A stretch of DNA of 64,000 nucleotides from Eubacteriales bacterium. GTDB lineage: Bacteria; Bacillota; Clostridia; Oscillospirales; CAG-272. The first letter of the stretch is position 1. Every line of letters starts with the position of its first letter. The DNA is taken from assembly GCA_051867925.1 (NCBI GenBank), contig JBJDZI010000116.1, positions 6,844-70,843 on the forward strand, in the 5' to 3' direction. Below, piece by piece: positions 37,615 through 47,472 of the stretch. Under the pieces are notes generated by a model. The model worked only from the letters and a program-made list of their open reading frames with translations, made no database searches and was not told the origin of the DNA. Made by a program: the position numbers and the translations under genes.

Positions 37615-38925
37615 ATGAAAAGAGGAATCTTTTTGAACAAACGAAGCTACAAAGCCGCCGTCGCCGCCATTTTGGCGGTCACCCTCTCCGCATCAATGCT
37701 GACCGGATGCGGCACCTCCGCACCCCTTGCGGAGCCGTCCCGCACCGAGTCCGCCCTGACGAACAGCACCACGGGCAGCACTCCCTCGCTGACCACCCCC
37801 GCTTATTATACGCCCGTTACCCCCGACTCGAACGAGGTCTACACCCCCGAATACCAGCTTCAACTGCTGGCAGATCGGGATTTCGGAGGCGGCATTTTCC
37901 TGACCATTCAGGAAGAAGGACTGGAAAACGCCATTTTCCCCTCCGATGACGATCTGATCGACGTCTTTGCCGACCGCCGCAACCGTCTGATCGGCGAAAA
38001 GTACAATGTGGAATTTGCCTGCATTACCAAAACAGCCGACGAGATCGTCACAGAACTGACTGCCGCCAAGAAAAACAACTCCTATTTTGCAGACCTGCTG
38101 ATCGTCTCCCCCTCGCTCTTCAAGCAGCTCAAAACAGGCGGACTTCTGCAAGCGCTGGATCCTCTCCCCTTCTTTGAGATTGACTCAATCTGCATCCGCT
38201 CTGACGCCACCAAAGAGATCAACAGCGGATGGTCGGGCATCTACGGCATCTGGGGCGATGCGCTCCGTCAGCCGGGGCGCTCCTATGCGGTTTACTACAA
38301 CACCCGGCAGGCAAAAGAAATGGAATGCCCCAACTTTTACAAGAGTGTCACAGACGGCAAGTGGGATCTGAACACTCTGCTGGAGTATGCCCGGGAAGGC
38401 AAGCTGGTCTTTGACGGCGACGCCGCAGATCTCTTATTGGCACTCTCCGGGCAAAGCTCCGCCACTGAAGAAGGAAAAGCGCTCCTGGAAAGCGAAGCCT
38501 TCGCGAACTTGATTGCCGCTTTCGAAAACTGCCGATTTGTCCCCGAAGATGAAAGCCCCACCGAAGCCTTTTTGTCGGGCAAGACCCTCTTTTACATCGG
38601 CACGCTGGGTGAGCTGACCGACTTTTCTCAGACAGAATCGGTCTTCGGACTGCTCCCGCTCCCCAAATATGATGCCTCCGCGGAAGACTATCCCTATGTG
38701 ATGGATCAGTCCGAACTGCCGATTTTGGCTTGTCCTATCAATGTGACCTCCACCGAAGGCACGGGCATTATGCTCTCCGCCCTCAACGCCGCCTCCTGTG
38801 ACGAGGTGGAGGAAATCTTCCTGCAAGGTGCCGAGACCCACGTCCGCGATAACGGCTCCTTACTGATGCTTCCCTACTGCATCGGCTCCCTCACCTTCGA
38901 CCGCAAGCTGATCTACGGGGGATAA
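37615..38925 (+). CDS. lipoprotein resembling an ABC-type extracellular solute-binding protein
   Basis: Lipobox LSASMLTGCG. Overall SBP-like features (ADLLIVSPSLFKQLKTGGLLQALD; KWDLNTLLEYAREG). No permease or ATPase gene lies adjacent. Confidence 0.55.
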   Translation: MKRGIFLNKRSYKAAVAAILAVTLSASMLTGCGTSAPLAEPSRTESALTNSTTGSTPSLTTPAYYTPVTPDSNEVYTPEYQLQLLADRDFGGGIFLTIQEEGLENAIFPSDDDLIDVFADRRNRLIGEKYNVEFACITKTADEIVTELTAAKKNNSYFADLLIVSPSLFKQLKTGGLLQALDPLPFFEIDSICIRSDATKEINSGWSGIYGIWGDALRQPGRSYAVYYNTRQAKEMECPNFYKSVTDGKWDLNTLLEYAREGKLVFDGDAADLLLALSGQSSATEEGKALLESEAFANLIAAFENCRFVPEDESPTEAFLSGKTLFYIGTLGELTDFSQTESVFGLLPLPKYDASAEDYPYVMDQSELPILACPINVTSTEGTGIMLSALNAASCDEVEEIFLQGAETHVRDNGSLLMLPYCIGSLTFDRKLIYGG

Positions 38926-38966
38926 TGAACGCCTCCGGCGCCAAGGGCTTCGCCCGTGAGACCTCA

Positions 38967-39254
38967 CCAAAGAAATTTTTTGAAAAAAGTTTCTTTGGAA
39001 TCTTCAAAAACTTTTATAAAATAAACCGCTCCGAACAACGGATCACAATGATCCATCCTTCGGAGCGGTTGCGTTATATCCGCCCGGCAAGGATTTGCCG
39101 GGCTTTCAAAAGTTCTTGGAGGTTCGGAACCTTCTTTCAAGAAGGTTCCGAGAAAAAGCCGCGGACGGCAAGGATTTGCCGTCCTGATAAAAGTTTTCGG
39201 GGTCGCAAGCCCCTTTTTCAAAAGGGGCTTGCGGAGTTTTTGAGGCAGAGCCTC
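38967..39254. repeat. cluster of seven unrelated-stem palindromic hairpins
   Basis: The seven hairpins are: CCAAAGAAATTTTTTGAAAAAAGTTTCTTTGG (38967-38998); AACCGCTCCGAA...TTCGGAGCGGTT (39023-39070); CCCGGCAAGGATTTGCCGGG (39083-39102); CGGAACCTTCTTTCAAGAAGGTTCCG (39125-39150); GGACGGCAAGGATTTGCCGTCC (39163-39184); GCAAGCCCCTTTTTCAAAAGGGGCTTGC (39206-39233); GAGGCAGAGCCTC (39242-39254). Confidence 0.85.
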
Positions 39255-39311
39255 AATGCAAACCAATCGCCGGGCAGAACCCCTGCCTGACGGAAGCATT
39301 TTAATTCAATT

Positions 39312-40502
39312 CTATTCCTCTTCCTCCGCGTAGCCGTGGAGGGTGAGACGGCGGGCGCCGGCAAAGGCTTCGTCTTCCAAAGCCGCCAGATCCGCCTTGG
39401 CTTCCTCTGCAAGGACTTTGTCCGGCTCGGGACGGGTCTTGGGATGCTTGGGAGTAAAGACTGTGCAACAGTCCTCAAAAGGCAGAATAGAGGTCTGGAA
39501 GGTGTCGATCTTGCGGGCGATCTGTACAATCTCCTCTTTATCCATACCGATGCAGGGACGGAAGACCGGCAGATTCACCGCACAGTCGGTAACGCTCAGA
39601 GCTTGCATGGTCTGGGACGCCACCTGCCCCAGCGATTCGCCGGTGATGAGGGCGGTGCAGAAATGGGTCTGCGCCATCCGCTCTGCAAGTCGCATCATGG
39701 AGCGGCGGAGCAGGAGGGTGAAGTATTCCTCGTTGACGGTGCGTTTCAGTTGTTCCTGAATCTTTGTCAGCGAAATGATATTCACCCGCATCCGTCCGGT
39801 GTACGCGCAGAGTTTTTTGCCCAGCTCCAGCACCTTTTCGGTAGCCTGCTCGGAGGTGTAGGGGAATGAATCGAAGTGAACGGCTTCCACAGTCGCACCG
39901 CGCTTGGCGATCATATATCCTGCCACAGGGGAGTCGATGCCGCCCGACAGCAGAAGCATTGCCCGCCCGGAACCGCCTGCAGGTAGACCGCCCGCACCCT
40001 TATCGGCACCTGCGTGGAGGAAGGCGTACTTCTCGCGGATCTCCACCCGCACCACTACGTCGGGATTGTGGAGATCAACCTTCAGCTGGGGCATTGCCTC
40101 CAGAATCGCGCCACCTACCTCGCCTGCCAATTGGGGGGAGGACATGGGAAATCGCTTGTCCGAGCGTTTGCCCTCCACTTTGAAGGTGCTAATGCCCAAA
40201 AGACGGTCGGGCAGATCGCTTTTCGCCGCGGCGAGGATTGCCTCAGGGGTTTTGTCCACGGCGATAGCGCGGACGACGGTGGCAAAGCCGAACACCAGCT
40301 TCATCCGACGGAACGCCTCGTCCAGATCGCAATCGTCGGACTGGGGTTCGATGTAGATAGTGGACTGACACCACCAAGTGGTGAAATCGCCCAGCCCTTC
40401 CAGACGGCGGCGCACCTCGGTCATCAGAATATGTTCGAAATGGGCTTTGTTGAGACCTTTCAGCACCACTTCGCCGTATTTACAGAGAATCAATTCTTTC
40501 AT
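39312..40502 (-). CDS. thiI: tRNA 4-thiouridine(8) synthase
   Basis: MKELILCKYGEVVLKG (THUMP N-terminus) and the PP-loop LLLSGGIDSPVAGYM. Confidence 0.9.
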   Translation of the reverse strand: MKELILCKYGEVVLKGLNKAHFEHILMTEVRRRLEGLGDFTTWWCQSTIYIEPQSDDCDLDEAFRRMKLVFGFATVVRAIAVDKTPEAILAAAKSDLPDRLLGISTFKVEGKRSDKRFPMSSPQLAGEVGGAILEAMPQLKVDLHNPDVVVRVEIREKYAFLHAGADKGAGGLPAGGSGRAMLLLSGGIDSPVAGYMIAKRGATVEAVHFDSFPYTSEQATEKVLELGKKLCAYTGRMRVNIISLTKIQEQLKRTVNEEYFTLLLRRSMMRLAERMAQTHFCTALITGESLGQVASQTMQALSVTDCAVNLPVFRPCIGMDKEEIVQIARKIDTFQTSILPFEDCCTVFTPKHPKTRPEPDKVLAEEAKADLAALEDEAFAGARRLTLHGYAEEEE

Positions 40503-40582
40503 TTTGCATTTTATGCGGCAGTTGCCACAACTCCTTTATGGTTAGATTGATGTGCGGCGGTTGCCGCCATTCGTTGATGGGT

Positions 40583-41581
40583 TTATTGTAATTTCGGTTC
40601 CAGCGTATGAGGAGCCTGCGCCATGATGCAGGACTCTTCCAGCAGACCGAACCCGCTGACGCAGGTTCTGGACAGAGAGGAGAATCGCTTTTGATCGGAC
40701 ATCCCGAAATATCGATAACCGAGGATGCCCGAAACCTTATACACGCTCTTCTCCCAAGTGGGATCAAAATGGTAATACGCGCCGTCGATCCTCGCATAGC
40801 ACCAGCCGTGATCGGAAAAGCCGGAGGCGGTATAGGTTCCGCCCCGCCACAGATGGGCTTCGATCCCTGTTTGACGGAGCAGATACCCGAAGGCATCGGC
40901 AAAGCCGTAGCAGATGGACTCACCCGCCACCAGCGCGGAAAAGGCGGTGATCTCCTGTTCGGTGTAGTCAGTGGAAAAATAGGAAACGTTTTTCACCACC
41001 CACTCGTACAGGAGGGTGGCGCGGCGCGCTTCTCCGTCCTCGGCAGAGAGAACGGACAATGCACGGTTCACCGCAGATGCAAAGGCAACAATCTGCCGCG
41101 CGTGCTCGGTTCGGTCGCAGAGATAGGTCACGCGAACCGTATCGCCCTCCACGGAAAATTCTGCCAGCGCGGCAGGCGGAAACTCAAAGGCGATATTGTC
41201 CACTACCGTCTGCGCGTGCAATGCACTCAGCGTAACCGAGGTTTCGTAGTCTAAAATAGCATCTGCCAGCCGTTTGGCATCCGCTTCGTACTCGCCGATC
41301 AGACGGTCGAAACAGTAAGGATCAAAGCTGTACGCCGCATCGGGAAAGGTTTCGGGGGTGAGAGGCAGATCGGTCACAGGCGGCTCGGTGGCAGGCGCGC
41401 CGGTGGTTGATGGTACACCGGTGGCAGAAGGAGCGTTGGGATCGCCTGCGGGAAAGACCGCGGTGGTGACGGCGGCAGAGTCGGTTTGGGAGTCGTTCGC
41501 ATTCCCGCCGCAGGCGGTCAGCAGAAGTGCAGGACCCAGCAATAGCGAAACGATTTTTGTCGATCGTAAAATCTTTTTCAT
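40583..41581 (-). CDS. lipoprotein with transglutaminase-like cysteine protease core
   Basis: Lipobox LLLTACGG. Cys-His-Asp arrangement ESICYGFADAFGYLLRQTGIEA...DHGWCYARIDGAYYHFDPTWE. An alternative start lies at 41623. Confidence 0.65.
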   Translation of the reverse strand: MKKILRSTKIVSLLLGPALLLTACGGNANDSQTDSAAVTTAVFPAGDPNAPSATGVPSTTGAPATEPPVTDLPLTPETFPDAAYSFDPYCFDRLIGEYEADAKRLADAILDYETSVTLSALHAQTVVDNIAFEFPPAALAEFSVEGDTVRVTYLCDRTEHARQIVAFASAVNRALSVLSAEDGEARRATLLYEWVVKNVSYFSTDYTEQEITAFSALVAGESICYGFADAFGYLLRQTGIEAHLWRGGTYTASGFSDHGWCYARIDGAYYHFDPTWEKSVYKVSGILGYRYFGMSDQKRFSSLSRTCVSGFGLLEESCIMAQAPHTLEPKLQ

Positions 41582-41729
41582 GAAAAAACTCGTTTTTTTG
41601 AATTTTACTATTTCTTTATTCACAAATCTGTGTTATACTAACAGTGGAGCAGTTTGCGGTCTGCAAACTACGCCCTTACGATAGTATCTTCGCTTATTAT
41701 AACATAAATCTGATAGGATTTGCAAGACA

Positions 41730-43451
41730 ATGCAAGAAAAAACCATAAAAAGTTACAACTTGACCGATTTGCCCGAATTGTTGGCGCCTGCGGGAAGCCC
41801 CGAGGCTCTTGCCGCCGCCATCCAAGCAGGGGCAGATGCCGTTTATCTGGGCTCCACCCAATTTGGCGCGCGGGCGTTTGCCAAAAATTTCGACCGCCCC
41901 GCCCTGAAGCAGGCAGTGGTTGATGCCCACGCTGCAGGCGTGCGCGTCTATCTCACGGTCAACACGCTGATCACCGACCGTCAGATGCGGGCGGCAATGG
42001 ATCTTGTCGCCTACGCCTACGAAGTAGGGGTGGATGCACTGATCGTGGCTGATTGGGGACTTGCAGAACTCTGTCGGGAGAATTACCCCGACTTTCCCCT
42101 TCACGCCTCCACCCAATGCTCGGGTCACAACTCCCACGCCGCCAAATGGCTGGCTGACCACGGATTTTCGGTGATGGTCGCCGCCCGTGAACTGTCGGCA
42201 GACAATCTGCGGATGCTGGTGAAAAACTCCCCCATCCCCATCGAGGTTTTCGTCCACGGTGCTCTGTGCGTGTCGGCATCGGGGCAATGTCTCTTCTCCT
42301 CCATCGTAGGCGGCAGAAGCGGCAACCGCGGCGAGTGCGCCCAGCCCTGCCGAATGCAGTACAACAACAAAACGCCTCTGTCGCTGAAGGATCTCTCCCT
42401 TGCCACCCACATTCCCGAACTGATCGAAATGGGTGTTGCCTCACTGAAAATCGAGGGACGAATGAAGTCTCCCGACTACGTTTATCGGGTCACCTCCATC
42501 TATCGGCGGCTACTGGATGAGCGGCGCGCCGCCACGCCCGCCGAGATCGCCGCGCTGGAAGCGGTCTTTTCCCGCCAAGGCTTTACCGACGGCTATTTCG
42601 TAGGGGAAACCTCCCAAATGAACGGCGTGCGCAGTGAAGCGGACAAATCCGCAACACTGAAGGCGTCCGCATCGCTCAAACAGCACGCGCCTGTGCGAAC
42701 AAAGCCGCTCCCACCCATCGAGACACCCGTGCGGACACCCCACCCACCCATCCTCCCGCCTTTGCCGCAACAACCCAAGGGCATCGTCAAGCCCTCCGCC
42801 CGCTTCTACAAGCCCGACACCATTCCCACAGAGCATTCGCTGGAGGTAGTCTATCTACCGCTGGAAAAGTTTGACGGCAGAGTGGCAAACGGCGTACTCC
42901 TCCCGCCCGTCATCCCCGACGGCGATCTGGAGTCTGTGGGCGCCGCTCTCTCCCGCGCCGCCCAAAGCGGCGCCCGCCACGTGATGGTGGGCAATGTGGG
43001 AGGGCTGGAACTTGCCCGCCGATCAGGTCTTGCAGTCCACGGCGATTGGCGGCTGAATCTGCAAAACAGTTATGCCGCAGGTGTGTTTGCCGATCTTGCC
43101 GACCTGCTCCTCTCCCCCGAACTGCTACTGGCGCAGATGCGGGACATCCCCGCCAAAAAATCCGCCATCGTTTACGGTCGCATCCCGCTGATGTTGCTGG
43201 AAAAGCCCTGCGGTGCCACCCGTCTGACCGATCGGATGAAAAAAGATTTTCCGATCCTTGCCGAAGGCGGGCGCGAGCTGGTGCTCAACTCTCTGCCCAT
43301 CTATATGGCGGACAAGCAGTCCCTGCTGGCTCCCACAGGTATCGGCTATCACTATCTCTTCACCAAAGAAGGACCTCAAGAGGTCAAGGTCACCCTCTCT
43401 TCCTACGAACGTTCTCTCCCCACCAAAAAAGAAGTGCGGAGAATGAAATAA
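41730..43451 (+). CDS. U32-family peptidase-like protein
   Basis: ELLAPAGSPEALAAAIQAGADAVYLG and EVFVHGALCVSASGQCLFSS plus the Cys-rich E-x-F-x-H-G-A-x-C type motif typical of U32. Confidence 0.85.
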   Translation: MQEKTIKSYNLTDLPELLAPAGSPEALAAAIQAGADAVYLGSTQFGARAFAKNFDRPALKQAVVDAHAAGVRVYLTVNTLITDRQMRAAMDLVAYAYEVGVDALIVADWGLAELCRENYPDFPLHASTQCSGHNSHAAKWLADHGFSVMVAARELSADNLRMLVKNSPIPIEVFVHGALCVSASGQCLFSSIVGGRSGNRGECAQPCRMQYNNKTPLSLKDLSLATHIPELIEMGVASLKIEGRMKSPDYVYRVTSIYRRLLDERRAATPAEIAALEAVFSRQGFTDGYFVGETSQMNGVRSEADKSATLKASASLKQHAPVRTKPLPPIETPVRTPHPPILPPLPQQPKGIVKPSARFYKPDTIPTEHSLEVVYLPLEKFDGRVANGVLLPPVIPDGDLESVGAALSRAAQSGARHVMVGNVGGLELARRSGLAVHGDWRLNLQNSYAAGVFADLADLLLSPELLLAQMRDIPAKKSAIVYGRIPLMLLEKPCGATRLTDRMKKDFPILAEGGRELVLNSLPIYMADKQSLLAPTGIGYHYLFTKEGPQEVKVTLSSYERSLPTKKEVRRMK

Positions 43452-43481
43452 TCAAAATTTCATCGAAAGGATGTAAAAATC

Positions 43482-43784
43482 ATGGCAAAAAAGAAGAAGA
43501 ATCTCAAACCCGCTGTATTGGACACCACTTTCTTTGTGGGCGGCGTAGTCATTGGCGAACTGATCGCTCATCTGGTGCGCAACATCAGTTTTCTGAAATG
43601 GCTGTCCTTTCAGGTCTCCGGCACGCTGGATCTGGTGCTGGTGTCAATCTCTGTCAACCTGAATCCCGCCGTAGTCATCTTCCCTCTGCTGTTCGTGGTC
43701 GGCGGTCGTCTGCTGAAGCGGATGCTTGCCGAGCAAAAACAGCGTCGCTTTGAATCGGACGAAGACGATTTCGACAATGATTGA
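43482..43784 (+). CDS. small membrane protein (DUF4321-like)
   Basis: 100 aa with two hydrophobic segments. It sits immediately upstream of maf and overlaps it by 8 nt. The family name is recalled from memory, not verified. Confidence 0.5.
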   Translation: MAKKKKNLKPAVLDTTFFVGGVVIGELIAHLVRNISFLKWLSFQVSGTLDLVLVSISVNLNPAVVIFPLLFVVGGRLLKRMLAEQKQRRFESDEDDFDND

Positions 43785-44418
43785 TCCGAAGATGCCCGCA
43801 AACAATCCCGCAAAACTGGTACTTGCCTCTGCATCCCCGCGCCGCAAAGAACTGTTACAGAAGGCAGGCGCGGGCTTTGCCGTCCTGCCCAGCGATGCAG
43901 ACGAGCACGCAGATCCTGCCATTCCTGCCTCGGAACTGGTCAAGGTTCTCTCTGCCCGCAAAGCGGCGGCGACCGCCTCGCTTTGGAAAAATCTGCCCAA
44001 AGACATTCTTGTCCTTGCCGCCGATACGGTAGTGGAAGCCCCCGACGGCAGAATTCTCGGCAAACCCGCAGATGAGGCAGATGCAAGAACCATGCTCCGC
44101 GCGCTTTCCGGCGCGCTCCACTATGTTTACAGTGGCTTCACACTGCTGTGGTCGGATGGGATTTACACCGACTCGGTGGCAAGCGGCGTGCGCTTTCGCC
44201 TGCTGACCGATGCCGACATAGACGGTTACATTGCCTCAGGTGAGCCTGTGGGCAAAGCAGGCAGTTACGCCATCCAAGGGCTGGGCGGTGCCTTCGTGGA
44301 GGCGCTGGAGGGCGATTTCACCAATGTGGTCGGTCTGCCCATGCCTGCGCTGGAAGATGCGATCCAAATACTTTTCGGAAAGAAACTTGCAGACTTTTCC
44401 GCTCCCGAGTCTGTTTGA
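43777..44418 (+). CDS. maf: Maf-family nucleoside triphosphate pyrophosphatase
   Basis: LVLASASPRRKELL, LAADTVV and KAGSYAIQG motifs. Confidence 0.87.
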   Translation: MIDPKMPANNPAKLVLASASPRRKELLQKAGAGFAVLPSDADEHADPAIPASELVKVLSARKAAATASLWKNLPKDILVLAADTVVEAPDGRILGKPADEADARTMLRALSGALHYVYSGFTLLWSDGIYTDSVASGVRFRLLTDADIDGYIASGEPVGKAGSYAIQGLGGAFVEALEGDFTNVVGLPMPALEDAIQILFGKKLADFSAPESV

Positions 44419-44430
44419 ACAGGTAAAATC

Positions 44431-45078
44431 ATGACCAATGCAATGCAAATTGCCGCCGCGCTGGAAAAGGTTTATCCCGAAGCCCTTTGCGCCCTTCGCT
44501 ATGACGGAGAGCCATGGAGGCTGATGGTGATGGCGCGGCTCTCCGCTCAATGCACCGACAAGCGGGTAAACGAGGTGTGCGAAATCCTCTTTGCCCGCTT
44601 CCCTACCTACCAATCCCTTGCCGCCGCGCCGCTGGAAGAGGTGGAGGAGATCGTCCGTCCCTGCGGACTTTATCATGTGAAGGCAAGAGAGATCATTGCC
44701 GAGTGCGTGATGCTCCGCGACCGGTACGGCGGGCGCGTTCCCGACACAATGGAAGATCTGCTCCGCTTTCCCGGCGTGGGTCGAAAGGTGGCAAATCTTC
44801 TGCTGGGCGATCTGTATAAAGTTCCCGCCGTGGTGGTGGACACCCATTGCATCCGTCTGTCGGGTCGGTGGGGACTGGTTCCCCCGGGCGAAAAGGATCC
44901 CGTAAAGATCGAGCGGATCCTGACTGCCGCCCTATCCGAGCTTCCCGGTAGCGGGCAAAGCGATTTCTGCCATCGGATCGTTCTGTTCGGCAGAGAATAT
45001 TGCTCCGCCCGCGCGCCCCGCTGCGGGGAATGTCCCCTCCGCGCGCTCTGCCCCTCTGCGGACAAGGAGGACAAATGA
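44431..45078 (+). CDS. nth: endonuclease III
   Basis: HhH-GPD (LLRFPGVGRKVANLLLG) and the C-terminal 4Fe-4S cluster C-x6-C-x2-C-x5-C. Confidence 0.9.
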   Translation: MTNAMQIAAALEKVYPEALCALRYDGEPWRLMVMARLSAQCTDKRVNEVCEILFARFPTYQSLAAAPLEEVEEIVRPCGLYHVKAREIIAECVMLRDRYGGRVPDTMEDLLRFPGVGRKVANLLLGDLYKVPAVVVDTHCIRLSGRWGLVPPGEKDPVKIERILTAALSELPGSGQSDFCHRIVLFGREYCSARAPRCGECPLRALCPSADKEDK

Positions 45079-45566
45079 GAACCGCCGCTACGCGTTTGGT
45101 GAATCTTTTGGCTCGCTACGGACTGACCGTCACCACGGCGGAATCCTGCACAGGCGGGCTGGTGTCCGCCGCCATCACCGCTGTTCCCGGCGCATCTTCG
45201 GTGCTGGACGGCGCCATCGTCACCTATTCCGAAGCCGTCAAGGGACGGTTTCTGGAGATTGATCCCGCCATCCTCTACGAGGTGGGCGTAGTCTCCGCCG
45301 AGTGCGCTAAAGCCATGGCGGAAGGCGCGGCAAAACTCTTTGCCGCAGACTCTGCCATCGCCCTCACCGGCTACGCAGGTCCCGGCGGCGGGGATGAGAA
45401 CAATCCCGTGGGGACGGTCTATATCGCCGCCACGCTGTTTGGCGAGACCGCCGTCCGCCGTCTGTCCCTTTCCGGCGATCGGGATGCGGTGCGGAAGGGT
45501 GCCGCCAAAGCCGCTCTGGAACTGCTCTCCGACTTGATCGATGAAAAAGTCCAACAAAGTTTTTAG
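45075..45566 (+). CDS. pncC: nicotinamide-nucleotide amidohydrolase (CinA C-terminal domain, PncC)
   Basis: LTVTTAESCTGGLVSAAIT and YAGPGGG motifs. ATG 45075 overlaps the nth stop (ATGA). Confidence 0.85.
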   Translation: MRTAATRLVNLLARYGLTVTTAESCTGGLVSAAITAVPGASSVLDGAIVTYSEAVKGRFLEIDPAILYEVGVVSAECAKAMAEGAAKLFAADSAIALTGYAGPGGGDENNPVGTVYIAATLFGETAVRRLSLSGDRDAVRKGAAKAALELLSDLIDEKVQQSF

Positions 45567-45697
45567 ATTTCGTCTGATTTCGTTATAATCCGTTCATAAT
45601 GATATGCTATACTAAGGCACGATCAGACATTTACGGGACTATTCCCGAGTTACAGACAGTAAGGAAAGGAGTGGCAGCATCGCTGCCAACCGCTGAT

Positions 45698-46666
45698 ATG
45701 AAGATTACAGTAATCGGCTGTGGAAGATGGGGGTCCTTTATCGCATGGTATCTGGACAGTATCGGACACAACCTGACCGTTTACGATAAAGCCGATTCCC
45801 CCGCCATGAAAGAATTAATGGCAACCCGCACCAATGGCGTGCTGACCTACCCCGATTCCATCAAACTGACGGCGGATCTGTCCGAAGCGCTGGCGTCGGA
45901 TATCATCGTCATTTCCATCCCCTCGCAGGTACTCCGCTCTCTGATGGGCGAGATCGTACCGTTCAAGCCCCGGAACAAAACCCTCATCCTTTGCATGAAG
46001 GGTATTGAGATCTCCACCGGTCGCCGCCTGTCCGAGATCACCTCCGAATTTATGTGCGCCCACGAGGCGGACAACAACCACGTTGCCGTTTGGATCGGTC
46101 CCGGTCATCCGCAGGAATTTGCCCGCGGCGTTCCCAACTGCATGGTCATCGACAGCGCACATCAGCCCACAAAGGAAATGCTGGTGGATAACTTCTCTTC
46201 TCCGCTGATCCGATTCTACTACGGCAGCGATCTCATCGGCAACGAGATCGGCGCCGCCGCCAAGAATGTCATTGGCATCGCCGCAGGTATGCTGGACGGC
46301 AAGGGCGTTTCTTCTCTGAAAGGCGCGCTGATGTCCCGCGCCACCAGAGAGGTCGCACGACTCATCGAAGCCATGGGCGGCGATATGCGCTCCGCCTACG
46401 GTCTCTGCCATCTGGGCGATTACGAGGCCACCGTCTTCTCCAAGTTCAGCCACAATCGCGCCTTCGGCGAGGCTTATATCAAGGGTGAAAAGTTTGAAAA
46501 ACTGGCAGAAGGCTATTACACAGCCGCCGCCATCGAAAACCTCTGCCGCAAATACGGCGTGGAAATGCCCATTTGTCAGGGAATCTACAAGATTCTTTAC
46601 GAAAATGCATCTCCCGATGATGTGCTCGAGTCCCTTTTCTCCCGCAGTCTGAAAAACGAATTCTGA
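45698..46666 (+). CDS. gpsA: NAD(P)H-dependent glycerol-3-phosphate dehydrogenase
   Basis: MKITVIGCGRWGS Rossmann N-terminus and the GNEIGAAAKNVIGIAAG block. Confidence 0.8.
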   Translation: MKITVIGCGRWGSFIAWYLDSIGHNLTVYDKADSPAMKELMATRTNGVLTYPDSIKLTADLSEALASDIIVISIPSQVLRSLMGEIVPFKPRNKTLILCMKGIEISTGRRLSEITSEFMCAHEADNNHVAVWIGPGHPQEFARGVPNCMVIDSAHQPTKEMLVDNFSSPLIRFYYGSDLIGNEIGAAAKNVIGIAAGMLDGKGVSSLKGALMSRATREVARLIEAMGGDMRSAYGLCHLGDYEATVFSKFSHNRAFGEAYIKGEKFEKLAEGYYTAAAIENLCRKYGVEMPICQGIYKILYENASPDDVLESLFSRSLKNEF

Positions 46667-46698
46667 TCGGTTCATTTCAAACAGGAGGATTCATCCCT

Positions 46699-47448
46699 AT
46701 GAAAAAAAGTAACCTTTCTTTGGTCATCGTGCTGGTTGCGCTGATCACCGTCATCCTGATTGCCTCCATCGCGCTGGTGGTTGCCATGAACAGCAAAGGC
46801 GGTTCTGATCCCGCCCAAACAAGTTCTACATCGGTCACTGTTTCGGTCACAGACAAGACCACCACACCTACCTCGTCTACCCAAACACCGACCACCACCC
46901 CTGCCGTGCCGGACACTACGACAACTGTACAGTCTCCCGCAACCACCGTTCCCACCACTACGCCCAAGCCTACCACTACACAGACGCCCGCCACCACTAC
47001 GAAAGCACCCACCACTACCAAGGAGCCTGCCGGAACTACCAAGCCTACCGTTCCTGCCACTACGCCCAAACCCGGTGAGATCATTGCCGGTGACAGTGTT
47101 GGTTCGTTGGGTCTTTTCGCCGCCTATACCACCGAGGACGCAGGTTCTGACCGCATCACCGTTCGCGTGACCTTCTATGTGGAAAGTTATGCCCTGCGCA
47201 TCGGCGCCCGCACCGACAACTATCTGACGGTGAACGGCCAGAAGATCAGCGGGCTTAGCAGCGAAGCCATCAGCCTCCCCAACGGATCGCCCCAAACCCG
47301 CACGGTACTCTACGAGTATGTAACCACCGTCAGCAAGACAGGTAACACCCCCGTCCGCTTGGAGCTGGAATATTTCTGGCATTTCCAGGCAACCTACTCA
47401 GGCGAACACGCCGATTGGCTCTCGGTCAAGGCTGATCTGGTATTCTGA
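46699..47448 (+). CDS. membrane-anchored protein with Thr/Pro-rich linker, hypothetical
   Basis: AGGAGG RBS, an N-terminal TM anchor, about 90 aa of T/P-rich low complexity, and a C-terminal domain of about 130 aa with unknown function. Confidence 0.55.
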   Translation: MKKSNLSLVIVLVALITVILIASIALVVAMNSKGGSDPAQTSSTSVTVSVTDKTTTPTSSTQTPTTTPAVPDTTTTVQSPATTVPTTTPKPTTTQTPATTTKAPTTTKEPAGTTKPTVPATTPKPGEIIAGDSVGSLGLFAAYTTEDAGSDRITVRVTFYVESYALRIGARTDNYLTVNGQKISGLSSEAISLPNGSPQTRTVLYEYVTTVSKTGNTPVRLELEYFWHFQATYSGEHADWLSVKADLVF

Positions 47449-47472
47449 GCCGCCCGATCTTCGGTATCCATT

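Noticed and set aside
38926-39311. Possible CRISPR array (regularly recurring palindromic repeats)
   Set aside because: The hairpins differ in sequence and length, and the spacing is irregular. There are no unique spacer-like segments of constant size, and no cas genes lie nearby.
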